A stretch of 64,000 nt of DNA from Heteronotia binoei (Eukaryota), in NCBI RefSeq assembly GCF_032191835.1, contig NC_083227.1, forward strand, positions 108,624,001 through 108,688,000, written 5' to 3'. Below are positions 25,560-37,065 of this stretch, piece by piece (the first letter of the stretch is position 1; every line of letters starts with the position of its first letter). Under the pieces are notes generated by a model. It saw only the letters and a list, made by a program, of their open reading frames with translations. It ran no database searches and was not told the DNA's origin. A program made the translations under genes and the position numbers.

Positions 25560-27735
25560 GTCTAGATGCTGAGCCTCTTTGGCCATTTATTGCCTTCTGT
25601 TTCATCTTACATAAAACCACTCTTGTTCTCTTTCTGACCTGGGCTTGGAGCCATAGTATGTTAACCTTTCTGAAGTGAAGCCATACTCTGTTAAATGTAC
25701 TTACGTAGATGTGTCATGTAAAATGTGCTTCTCTTTTTGTAAGTTAAATGTCTTTTTCTTGTTACCATTGGAGTCAGATCATCATTGTAATTTGTTTGAA
25801 CAGCGCTTTTCCTTAACCGGAAATGTGAAGGATCAGGGATACTGCATAAAGCTTCTGTGCTTTCAAGGCAAAAGATTTTTTCTTACACTTAATCCAGTAT
25901 TTAATGAGCTATCTTCTCAGCAACGTGTGTTAGAATGAGCTAGAGCTCCACGAATTCCAAGGTGTTCTTCATCAGATGGATGCTCCATACAAAAACATTA
26001 ACTTCTGGCTTTTATGTTTGCAAAAGGAAAATGACCCTTTTTGTCTCTCTGTGTCCCTATAGCCTCTGATGCATCTTGAAGTCTATATTTTGTATTCAGC
26101 ACCAAGCAATTAAGACTGGAAACCTATGTGCATTTTCTTGGGAGAAAGCTCCCATTTAGCTTTGAATACAGATGCCTGCAACAACTTCTGATCTGTTTTG
26201 AGAAGGGTTTTCTCAGACATTGAAATATCCTTTTCTGCTCTGCCCCCTTTCCCTCTTGGTACAGAACATCAAGCCTTATGTGGAATCAGGAAAACTCAAA
26301 AGCTTTTTGCTATTCTGTGACTGGTTGGTCCTAATAAAAAGATATTACCCTGCTGTTGGTGGGGCGGGGGGGAGGATTCAGTAGGCAACATTTGGATTTC
26401 AATGGGCAGAAAGGCTAATGTTTTTTAGACTGTATATGAGGAAAGTCAGGCTAGAATAACTCTAAATCAGCAAGTCAAGTGGAAAGAGTGAGATTGCCAA
26501 AGTACTCAGAGGAGAGCATGTTGGCAGTAGAGAAAAAGAGTAAAACCACCATGTTGAAGATCAATGATGCATTGGGTGGGATTGAAGCTGCCTTTGTAAT
26601 TGATGTATTCTGTGGAAATGAAACTACTTCACCCAGTGCTGAGAAGATCAATCTCTTCAACAGGAATGTTGAAAGTAGAAGACAATGGCTTCTGTTCAAA
26701 CTCGTAACTTCTAGACTGAAAAAGCAATTTTAAACAGGTCTACTCAGAATCCCTCTCATAGTCAAGGATGTAAACTATGGAAGGACAGTGGATCTCAACT
26801 GAGAAGTCTACTCCCCTGCTCAGGGCTATTTCAGGGTATTTCCTCCCAGGAAAATGCACTATTACAGTGCAATTCTAAACACAGTTACACTGTTCTGTTA
26901 TCATTAAAGTTGTCCTCAGTGCTTTCTGTTGGAGGCTGTGTAGCCAAAAACGTTATCCAAAAGGTTAAGTATGCCATTAGACTGCTTATGCATGTAAATC
27001 CCCTCTACAAGCTAGGATGATCAAGTAATTATCTCCTACGACAGGTCATGCCACTGAATGCAAACCTGTCACCTGCAAGAGCCAGTGTTACCTCTGTGGT
27101 AGTTCCTGTTGGGGAATTTCCTGCTGAAGAAAACCCTACAAGTCTGCATTCTTTCTAGAAGGGCAGTTAAGACCATTTTTATTGAGGTAGTTATTTAAAA
27201 TTGCTCTTTATCGTATTGCTTCTTTTTTTCATAAATGCATTTTGTTTTATTGTATGATGTTGATATGTTGTTTTCTTATTTTAGGCTGACAAACTGATTT
27301 GGGGGATGAATTATTGAAAAGCAACACATACATGAACATAAGTAATGAATCAGTTGGAGCTCAGCAAGACTCACAAGAATGGTTGACTGCTGGGCATTAA
27401 TAATTAGTTGCTGTTGTATTGGAAGGGACAAGTTCAAATGGGCACCAAGTCAGCTCCTATAGATCAGGCCAAAAATGATACAGTGTGGTATAAGCAGATA
27501 GCAGGACCAATGAAGTATGCCACAACAGGTTTCCTACTAAGCTGTCACTAAGCTGAGTTGTCAGATAACTCAAGAAAGTGAGCCCAGCATGTATATCCTG
27601 TAGCAGCAGCAATAATGTTAGTGTTGTTATTCAAAAAGTATTCTCAATTCAGTTTCTAAGCAGAATTTTAGTTTAGAAAGAATGTACTTGGGAGACTGTC
27701 ATCACTTCTTTCTATATGTGTGCTCTCTTATAGCT

Positions 27736-27813
27736 ATGGAAGACAACAGCAGAATTGAGTGCATATTTTTCAGTGAATTCCATCCCACACTTGGACCTAA
27801 AATAACATACCAG
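27736..27813 (+). CDS. NPRL2: NPRL2 (GATOR1 subunit) coding exon 1
   Basis: [26 protein letters not shown]|gttagt; acceptor ctcttatag 2 nt before the ATG. Confidence 0.95.
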
Positions 27814-28680
27814 GTTAGTGTCTAAGTGGTGCCTAAGTGTCTAGGTATGAAATGGATAATTTGGCACGGAAAGAAAAAGTGCCCCCCCCTCTCTCTCGTT
27901 AACTTTTAGTGATTTGGGCTTCCAGACCATAGTGTATATTGCACATTTTTCCCAGAATCTTCTCACATGTAATAAAAGCTTTTCTTTGCATTTTCTATGT
28001 CAGTAATTTGTATGTGAAATAATTTGCTGAAATGTATGTGAATTTTTAAAAGATTGCCTTCCACTTTTCTGTTCTGCATTAGCAACATTCACACATGCAC
28101 TTGCATAAGTACTGTGCCTTAAAGGCACTTTTGCTGTCATTTGTGACACTAAAACAACCAGCTATTGTGGGAGATCCAGACTTCTTTCCTGCAGTGTGCA
28201 GATCTGTGAATTTGCAAGGACCACCAACTGGCCCGGAGAAGAATATAATCTCCTTTTAAAAGCATTTTAATGGGATGTTGTTCTCAGGTGATCAAAAGCT
28301 TCAGCTGCCCATTTCTGTTGCTTTTGAGTTTCTGGGGGTAGAAAGCAACCTTTTCTTGTTGAGAAAATAACATTCTTCTCTCTTTTTTCTGCTAGTGTAT
28401 GCGTTTTAGTTTGAAGTCCTGTGTCAAATTTAGTTGTTTGAATAGTCTGAGCATCTGTCAACTAATATCTATTGCATCACAGATCATGAGCAGCATACTT
28501 CTTGCTCTGTCCTGTGTTATGAACTTTGAAAAAGGCAAGTGCTCCTCATGTACCAGTCTAGTGTAAGACTACGTTTCTTCTTTTATAAGAGGGGAAATAT
28601 CCTTGTTGAAGTTGCCCTATTCTCTGAAGCACTGCCCCATCATTTTAAGAGGGTTTTCTTCCCCTTCTGTTAGTTTAGAC

Positions 28681-29320
28681 CAGAGGTGTCAAACATATGG
28701 CCCAAAGGCTGGATCAGGCCCCCAGAGGGCTCTTATCAGGCCTGCAAGCAACTTACTGCCATCTACTTCCCTTGCTCTCTCTTGCTTTCCTTCTGCATCA
28801 CAGCTTGCTTTGCCAAGCTTGCTCAGTCACACAAGAGCTACAGAGGAAAGCCTCTATTTGTTTCTATTGGCTGACCAGCACATGAAGCAACTTATGTACA
28901 AAAGCTCATGATGCCCAGCCATTTCATGTTTTCCCCTGGGTCTTAGACTCAAAGCATTGACCATGAGATTTCTGTAATGAATGTCAATAAATCAAAAGTA
29001 GGTTTGCAACTTAAAGACACACACCTGAACAGCATGCTCAAGATTGCTACAACACAGACATGGTCTCTAGATTTTAATGCAATAATTCAGAGCAAGAGGT
29101 ATCCATTATCAGAGACTATTAAATAAAGTATTGCAAGAGTATTAATCTTTTAAGCATATTTTAAGTTTTTAAAAGTCTTTAATTGTGTTTGTCTGTGTCC
29201 TTTATAAAGTTTATATCTCTGCTACCTGGCATTACATCTTATGACACACATGGCCTGGTTTGACAAGGTCTTATTTATGTCATTATCGGGCCCATATAAC
29301 AAAGGAGTTTGATACCCCTG
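28681..29320 (+). mobile_element. hAT-Charlie deletion derivative with transposase C-terminal remnant
   Basis: TIRs cagaggtgtcaaac / gtttgatacccctg; perfect 8-bp TSD gtttagac; internal frame ISVMNVNKSKVGLQLKDTHLNSMLKIATTQTWSLDFNAIIQSKR resembles the hATC C-terminus. Confidence 0.88.
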
Positions 29321-29580
29321 GTTTAGACTGTATGTTCCAACTCTTTAATACTGAAACACATCCTACCCTTTAAAAAAAGGCAAAACAGAAATATCCCCTT
29401 TATGCAAACAAATACAATCAAATGGATTCCTTCTGTAGCTTTCCTCTGAGCAGCAAAATTTCTCCTTCTGTCCATGTAATGAAAGTGGGTATTAACTATT
29501 GAAGTTAAAACAATTTGGGCCTTGATGACAGAAACGGATTTTCTAAATGTGTTAAGAGGTTTTGACTATCTGCTGCTTAG

Positions 29581-29739
<159 letters not shown>

Positions 29740-29808
29740 TAAGTAACACTTGATGTTCGTTAAGTAGAAAAATCACTGGTGGATGCTATTAGTGTGGGTC
29801 CTATAGAT

Positions 29809-30775
29809 CAGTGGTCCTTAATCTTTTTGGCAGCAGGGACTGGTTTTGTAGAAAATGATTTTTCCATGGACTGGGGCGGGGAGGGGGGGGTGATGGTTTT
29901 GGGATGATACAGTTGTGCACTTTATTTTTAGGAAAATCACAAATACTCTCCCACAGGCATCCTTTTTTACTTGCCCTCAATAATAAAAATAAAAAGATAT
30001 TATAGATAAGGTTAACTACACAGAGATAATGTCTAAAATGAGAGGCATCTGCTTGCCATTTGCAGTAGCTCCTCTCCTAAATTTCAGAAGTGTTTTGCAG
30101 CTGGGGGAAAAAATCCTTTTCAAGCATCTTTCCAAGTGCATTTGGATTACAAAAGCTGAGCTGCCTTGGGCTCTTTTTACAGACCAGCGAAATGCATAGT
30201 ATACAACCTCTTCCAAAACACAGGACTTGTACGCTGCCCAAGCCTGCCAGGTGCTGCTGGGGTGGACTGCCTAAGCATGGGCAAAGTGGCAAGAGCTACT
30301 TCAGCCTGTCCTCCTGCCCCCCCCCCCAGCTGGAGAGCTCACCAGGTTGACGGGGTGGATGCAGCCCTTGTCCAGGTCCTCCTGGAGGAGCTGGCGGAGG
30401 TGGGGGATGTAGCTGGAGGCCAGGCACAGAGTGTCCGGCTTGGTGTTGGGGAGCACCTGGGACAGGATGGTCTTGAGGTGTGAGAACGCCTTGCCCAGCA
30501 CACGCATGCGGGGCTCGCTCATGTGTGTTGCCCGCATTCCGCTGCGTCTGCTTGCACTTGGCACCTGGCCCATACTGCTTGCCCCCTGCCCTGCTCCTCA
30601 CCTGGCGCTCCTGCAGCCCGACGCCTCTTCTTCCTGGCACCACACTCCTCCTCATCTTCTGCAGTGGAGGAATTGCCCACGAAGGGGCAACAGGGCTCAC
30701 CAACTCCTGTGTGGCCTGGTTGCTAACAGTCCTCAGACTGGTACCAGTCTGCAGACCAGGGGTTGAGGACCTCTG
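29809..30775 (-). mobile_element. Non-autonomous hAT-Charlie (MER1-like) element carrying a host gene fragment (Pack-TIR)
   Basis: TIRs CAGTGGTCCTTAATCT / rc CAGAGGTCCTCAACCC (12/16), MER1-like subterminal sequence at both ends, TSD ctatagat / ctgtagat (7/8, central TA). Confidence 0.85.
30343..30680 (-). pseudogene. MSC: Captured, disabled fragment of Musculin (MSC/TCF21-type bHLH) exon 1 with its splice donor
   Basis: [16 protein letters not shown][+1][56 protein letters not shown]|gtgagc versus [79 protein letters not shown]; upstream acidic/basic tract NSSTAEDEEECGARKKRRR. Confidence 0.85.
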
Positions 30776-32161
30776 CTGTAGATGACTCTCCTTTAATCAC
30801 ACCCATTTAGCAGCGCTTCTCTCCTCTGAGGTTGTCACCCTTTGAGAGATGTGAAGTAACTGAAGAGCTGTCTCTGAGAATGTACAAAGAGCCTTTTCCT
30901 GCACCACTGTCCCTTAACACTTAGAATTAATTCCTTCCAAAACTTTAATAAGGGCCAGCCCCTAGAACCTTTTTAAGGAATGAAACACAGTCTTCATCTC
31001 TGTTGTGTGCCGCTAGGATGCCACGACTGCCTTTAATTTGATTCACAGAAGATGGATCACTCAAGATCTCAACCATTCATTTTTCATCTTAGAAATTAGG
31101 TGTGCTCTCATTCTATCATTGCTTCGCCTAGTATTCCTCTGTCACTTTACTTTCTTCCAATAGAAAGCTACAGTCCCACACATTTATTTGAAAGCAAATC
31201 TCATTGAACTTAGCAACACTTATTTCTGAGTAGATGTGCAATAGAGCAGGCTTCCAGGAGATGAGATCCAAGTTTGTAATGTTACCCATTCGTTGATATG
31301 GTTGCCTATTTTGGTGACAGAAGAAACTGTGATTCCAAAAAAGAAATGTGTCAGTTCATGATAGTGAGAAAGCTTGTCTTTGTGGGGAGAGAGATTCTGT
31401 GAGGATCTGCTGAAAGAATACAAGCCTTGTTCCAACTGTGGGTGTGCACAGCATCCAGGCCCTGAGTGTGAGTAGCTTAATGAGACGGGTAAAATCCATC
31501 CCCCATGCTTCTCTAGCTGCTATCTGTAATCAACTTATAGGGCTACACATGGGCAGCCTGAACTGGTGGATAGGGCTTTTTCCATCTAGGCTTTTTCCAT
31601 CTAGCTTGATGCATGCCAAAATCTGTTTTGGAATCTGTGTGTTACCCATAGCTTGATCAGAGAACAAGTTGGGCTTAATCAGAGTAAGCAAAGCAGCTTG
31701 CCATGTTGTTGTTCGCTTTCTCTTACTGTGTGTAAATGCAGGCAAGTTGTAGAGGGTCTGAAGCACAGGGATAGTAACCCCCAGCATGATTCCTGAACAG
31801 TGACATTCAAGTGCATTCAGGGCTGATCCGCAGTCCAAGCAACCAAGGTGTGTCCTTGAGGCACTGGCAGCTCTGCTGGGACCAGCAGTCCAGGAGAAGT
31901 TGATGGGCATGGCTTATGTCTATTATGCCTCCATGGACCCATGCAGCTGTCACGTAGCCCTCAGGTGAGTTGGCAGAGCTACTGGGGCTTGGCTTGCTCC
32001 CAGTGGTCTGCCCAAGAACAACTCTTGGATCTCCCTCCACCTTCTTTTGGTTTACCAGCCTATTAACACTTTGACAGGTAGATGCTTCCTCTTTTGATTA
32101 GCACACATGGGCCAAAAATAGCTGCCTAATGTATAGCAATAATGAATGACTGATGAATTAA

Positions 32162-32449
<288 letters not shown>

Positions 32450-33241
32450 TAGGCATCTGCCTGCATACATTTTTAGAAACCTTCTTTTGTTTATTTCTTC
32501 TGTTGCGTTGGGGGGGGGTGTTGCTCAGATTTTATAAGGCCTCAAGGGGAACATGCTAAATTCTAAAACCTGCAATGCAAATTTTGTGAAAGTGTTACAG
32601 TGGGAACGTATTACAGTGGGTGTCTGCTTCTATAACCTATTGGGTTGTGCCTGAGACATCGCTGGTGACTAGACACAGCACTCTCCATGTTCATACATTC
32701 TTGGAATTATTTTAAAAGGGTTTTTTTTTTAATAAAAACCTTGAAAATTGTAAGTACTTGTTTGTGTTACTTCCTCAATATTCCTGCAGGCTGTTAAAAG
32801 GGGGGGAAATGCATGGTTGTTCCATGCAGCAGTGCTTAGAGAGACAAAGAGGGCTATTCTCAAAGCAGCAGGGATCTCTTCTCCCCCCCACCATTACATT
32901 TGTACCCATATCTTTGTTTTAGTTTTATTTCCTCTATTTATATCCCTTCTTCCCCACAAAGGGGCTGAGGGCAGCATACAAGATCAAACTTCACACAATT
33001 TCTGACAGTTTGGCATTAATACCATAGTAACTCTTAAGGAGAGTTTGCTTCCATTGCTCTGAAAAGAATGTTTAATATGTTTGTATGTATTTGCATTACA
33101 ATAATCAGTATAATTTGTTGTTCAGAACTATTAGGTGGGTGTTTTTCATTTGGTATGTCACTCAGCCTGTTCTGTGGCTGCAGTGAATGACACTTTTCTG
33201 TGTATTTTTCAGAACTGATCATAGTCTTTGTTCTTTCCCAG

Positions 33242-33350
33242 CTTGAGAGTGGCTTCATCTCCAATGAGGAAAGCAAGCAAAAGCTGATACCAATAATGAC
33301 CATCCTGCTTGAGGAACTGAATGCCACTGGCAAATGCACTCTGCCAATAG
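33242..33350 (+). CDS. NPRL2: NPRL2 coding exon 4
   Basis: cccag|[37 protein letters not shown]|gtatca, 109 nt. Confidence 0.96.
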
Positions 33351-33974
33351 GTATCATCAACAGTCACATGTTCCTTTTTAGATACATGCGGTTTAGAAGA
33401 TGGGGCTGTGGCACATTCACTGAAGGAGAGCATTTCTTGTGTTGCATGATCCTTCTTCTCAATGAGGCAGCAGTGGTATGGCCACCGTGGAATGTGATGT
33501 TCTTCAAGAATTCTTCAAGAATTGGAAGGGGGTAGCAACTTAACAATGGATGCCATTTACCTAAATCCTCCTGTGATTTTGTAAAAACAAGAATATTGCG
33601 GCCCTACATAAAAAGATGGACAAAGTGTCTTAAGCAAGTTCTTGTAATGTGAAACAAATTCCTTTCTCACCTACTGTGGCAGTCATGATTAGTGTTCTCA
33701 GAATGAGTGAGGCACTGCTATTCCCTGGTTGTGTAATCTAAGTGTATATTATCCAGTGATTCAGATAATAAGAAAACAAGTAGGCTTTTAACTCCTTGCC
33801 ACTCTTCTGCTTGCCCTGACTGTATCTGGGGTCACTGGGCAGTCTTTTGCTCCCACCCCCTGCTGTTGGCCATACAGTTGGCTGGTCTTGAATTGATGAA
33901 CAAATGTGACTTCTTTAAGCCCCAAAGAATTCAGTTTGGGAGGGGGAATGTACTAATAATCAGTAAGAGGAAAA

Positions 33975-34145
33975 GTGTGGCTTAGTGGTTAGTGTGCTGA
34001 AACTAGGGGTGGGTAGACCTGGGTTCAAACCTCCATCTGGCCATAAAACTCAATGGGCAACAATCTCTCAACCTAACCTACCTCACAGGTTTATCGTGGC
34101 AAAATGCTGGAGAAATATGTACACCACCTCTGTGGAGGAAGGGTT
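33975..34145 (+). mobile_element. tRNA-derived SINE
   Basis: agtgtggcttagtggttagtgtgctgaaactagg...cctgggttcaaacc...ctctcaacctaacctacctcacagg. Confidence 0.6.
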
Positions 34146-34314
34146 GATAGAATTTTTTGATGATTGGATATTTCCACCGTGGAACTGGTCTGTAGATAAG
34201 GTCAGAGTTGCAAAACCAAACCAAAGAGCCAAGCATCCCCAGCCCAAAAGAGCTGTTTGCCATCCTAGCATCTAATAATACTTAAGTCCAAATCTGATCT
34301 CTTCCTTTTCCTAG

Positions 34315-34451
34315 ATGAATCAAACACCATTCACCTGAAAGTGATTGAGCAACGCCCAGATCCCCCCATTGTGCAGGAATATGATGTTCCTGTTTTCACC
34401 CAGGATAAGGATGACTTCTTCAATTCCCAGTGGGACCTCACCACTCAGCAG
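34315..34451 (+). CDS. NPRL2: NPRL2 coding exon 5
   Basis: ctag|[47 protein letters not shown]|gtttgt, 137 nt. Confidence 0.97.
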
Positions 34452-35062
34452 GTTTGTTCATATAGCTGGGAGTCTGCAAACACTGGTGTCAGCATAGACA
34501 ATTAAGTTTCAAAAACAATAATAACCCAAGAAAGTAACTCCATCTAGCACAGATTTTTGCAAGACAGTCTGCCTGACTGATCAGATTACTGCTGTGAAGA
34601 TGCAGTTTGGGCAGTTAGCTCTGATATGTTTGTTTTGCAATAAGTTATGAATTAAATGGCACTTACAAGTGAGTAGGCATGGAACTGCAGCCTTGTTCTT
34701 GGGTTCAATTGGGAAGGATGTGTGAGTACATTTTTTTCTTAAAGGATATGCTTCCTTTCATATTAACTGCATCATCTGCTGAAAGAGCACTGATTGGTAC
34801 TTTAAAGCAAGACTGTTCCTCAGAATTTGAGCTATGAAAAGAGCCTCTAATAATGAAACCGTAGAATTCTTTACTTCTGTAATTGCTGAAATACAGAGTT
34901 TTTGGTGTTACATTTGCTTAAGCATTTGCATCACATGGTTTGGGAATTGGGCAAGAATGCATAATTCTTTTGCAGATAGTACAGCCTGGGAAAAGCATCC
35001 TGCAAATTCATCTCAGGAGGGAAAAGGTGTAATGTAATCTAATAAGCAGTTGCATGCAAATT

Positions 35063-35227
35063 ATACATTGATGGCTTTTGGCACATTCAGAAAATCTCAG
35101 CTGAAGCAGATGTGGGCTCAATTTGGTTCAAATTGCCATCCAGAATCTGTTGTAAGTTCCAAATCATAGGACTATAAAAGTTGGGAAAGTTTTGGGGCCT
35201 GCTATCAAATTAGAATCCTTCATTGAT
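35063..35227 (+). pseudogene. Decayed local duplicate of NPRL2 exon 6 plus downstream intron
   Basis: Aligns to 35516-35681 with 8 substitutions and a 1-nt deletion; lacks the native acceptor; keeps the GTAAGT donor at 35152. Confidence 0.92.
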
Positions 35228-35507
35228 TTTATCTATCACGTTTTTCATAATGTTTTAATTGCTTAATTTCTCTTACTGGGTTTGACATTCTCATTGTTGC
35301 ACTAGAACAATCATGTATTGATCAAATCCTTTAAGAAGTCACCCTGCATGAGCTTAAATTTTTCTCATGCCTCCTGTGTGGGCCTGCCAGTCTTCCAGTG
35401 ATCAAACTTATCTTTGTCTTCCTTACTTAGCTAGTGAAAAGTGCCCTTTACTCTTGTGCGCATGACTCTTGGCTTTGTCTAGCATCATATGCACCCTCTC
35501 TTCCTAG

Positions 35508-35606
<99 letters not shown>

Positions 35607-36111
35607 TAAGTGCCAAATCATAGGAATATAAAAGTTGGGAAAGCTTTGGGGTCTACTATCAAATTAGAATCCTTCATTGATCAAAGCTAGCAATTCCACC
35701 CACAGACTCATTTTAGCTTCATCTTCTCCTTAGCAGCTGTCACGTAGAAGCAAGATAACCGACATTTTCAGTACAAGAGATGTTTTTAAATGTATCTGAA
35801 AAATTGGATTGACATTTGTTCACTTTGAGTGTTCGGATCATTGTGACTAGTGCTTTGTCTGCTGTTAGTAGCAACTAAATATTAAATAAGCATAGTGAAG
35901 ACAACAAAAGTATTTGCTATTTTGAAGAGGAGATCATTCATACTTAGGTATGGGGTATTTTTTTTTACTTTTTTGGAAATATATTACATATAAATGCTGT
36001 GTGCCAATATCATAACAACATCAGTCTTAATGAAAAAAATGGAATGCTTTAAAATGTGTTTTAGCAGTGAGCTTTTCAGTGCCAGCCTCATTTATATTTA
36101 GAGCAGGTGGT

Positions 36112-36280
36112 GGTGGTGAAAAGTGCTATCAAGTCATAGCTGACTTATGGTGATCTCATAAGGTTTTCAGGGCAAGAGACAAAGATGGTTTGCCACTGCC
36201 TCTGCATATCAACCCTGGATTTCCTTGGTGGTCTCCCATCCAACCATGCTTAGCTTCCAAAATCTGATGAGATCAGGGCA
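36112..36280 (-). mobile_element. 5S rRNA-derived SINE (degenerate)
   Basis: 36230-36280 ggtctcccatccaa...tgcttagcttccaaaatctgatgagatcagggc is the reverse complement of vertebrate 5S rRNA internal sequence, joined to a SINE-like tail. Confidence 0.65.
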
Positions 36281-37028
36281 TTTAGAACATAATTCACACT
36301 AAAAGTTCAGCCCCAGAACTGATTCTCAGTGTTACTGCTTAGCAGTGAAATATGTGAAGCAGTAATAAAAAGTACCCTCAGAGCATGTGTAACCCTTAGC
36401 TAGGAATGGAATGAGCCGGGAAGAGGTGGAGCCTCTAGATGCAGAAGGGAGCAGAAAGCAAAGGAGGGAAGCAAGACTGCCCTGCTGGGGAGCTTAAACC
36501 TTAATCATAGGCTTTTAACAGCTTGTTTAAGGGTTGTGTTATCTAATGGGGAGTTCATTTGAGACCTTCATCTTGAAAGCCGGTGCACAGAGTGTTCAGC
36601 TTTAAATTATTGCAGGATTCATTCCAAGTTCTGCCCCACAGAACCCACAAGCTAAGGTTACACATGCACAGATCTCTCTCCTACCAATTTGCCAAGAGAA
36701 GCCTACTCTTATCTGAGATAAGGGGGGGAAAGATGTGGTAAATTCTAAGCATGAGCCCTACCATTTCTTTTAGAAATTAAGATGTGGTTGTTTTGAAAAT
36801 TACTAGCATTCTACAGTGCATCAGCCAATATACTTGCTATAAGCATCTATCTTATCTTAATGCCATTTCTTCTAGATGTGCAACAAAATTGCTGCAAGAT
36901 TTCTATAAAAGTCATATCCATATCAGATAATGATTGACAACCAGTATTGTGCATTTTATTTTAAAATACATCCTACGTATAAAATTTCAACGTGGGGGTT
37001 AATTTCTCATGGGCTTTGTGTTTTCCAG

Positions 37029-37065
37029 ATACTATGGAGTAGTGACTCTCGTTTCCATACTTCAG
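37029..37065 (+). CDS. NPRL2: NPRL2 coding exon 7
   Basis: ccag|A YYGVVTLVSILQ|gtaagt, 37 nt. Confidence 0.96.

Noticed and set aside
26479-26733. 84-aa ORF in the NPRL2 5' intron
   Set aside because: GTG start, no recognisable homology or splice support.
30343-30680. A functional nested bHLH gene or processed pseudogene
   Set aside because: Frameshifts, a loop deletion, no 5' end and no TWPF second exon rule out an intact gene; the retained donor and TIR/TSD boundaries argue against retroposition.
36230-36280. 5S rRNA gene
   Set aside because: Partial, internally deleted and fused to a SINE tail.
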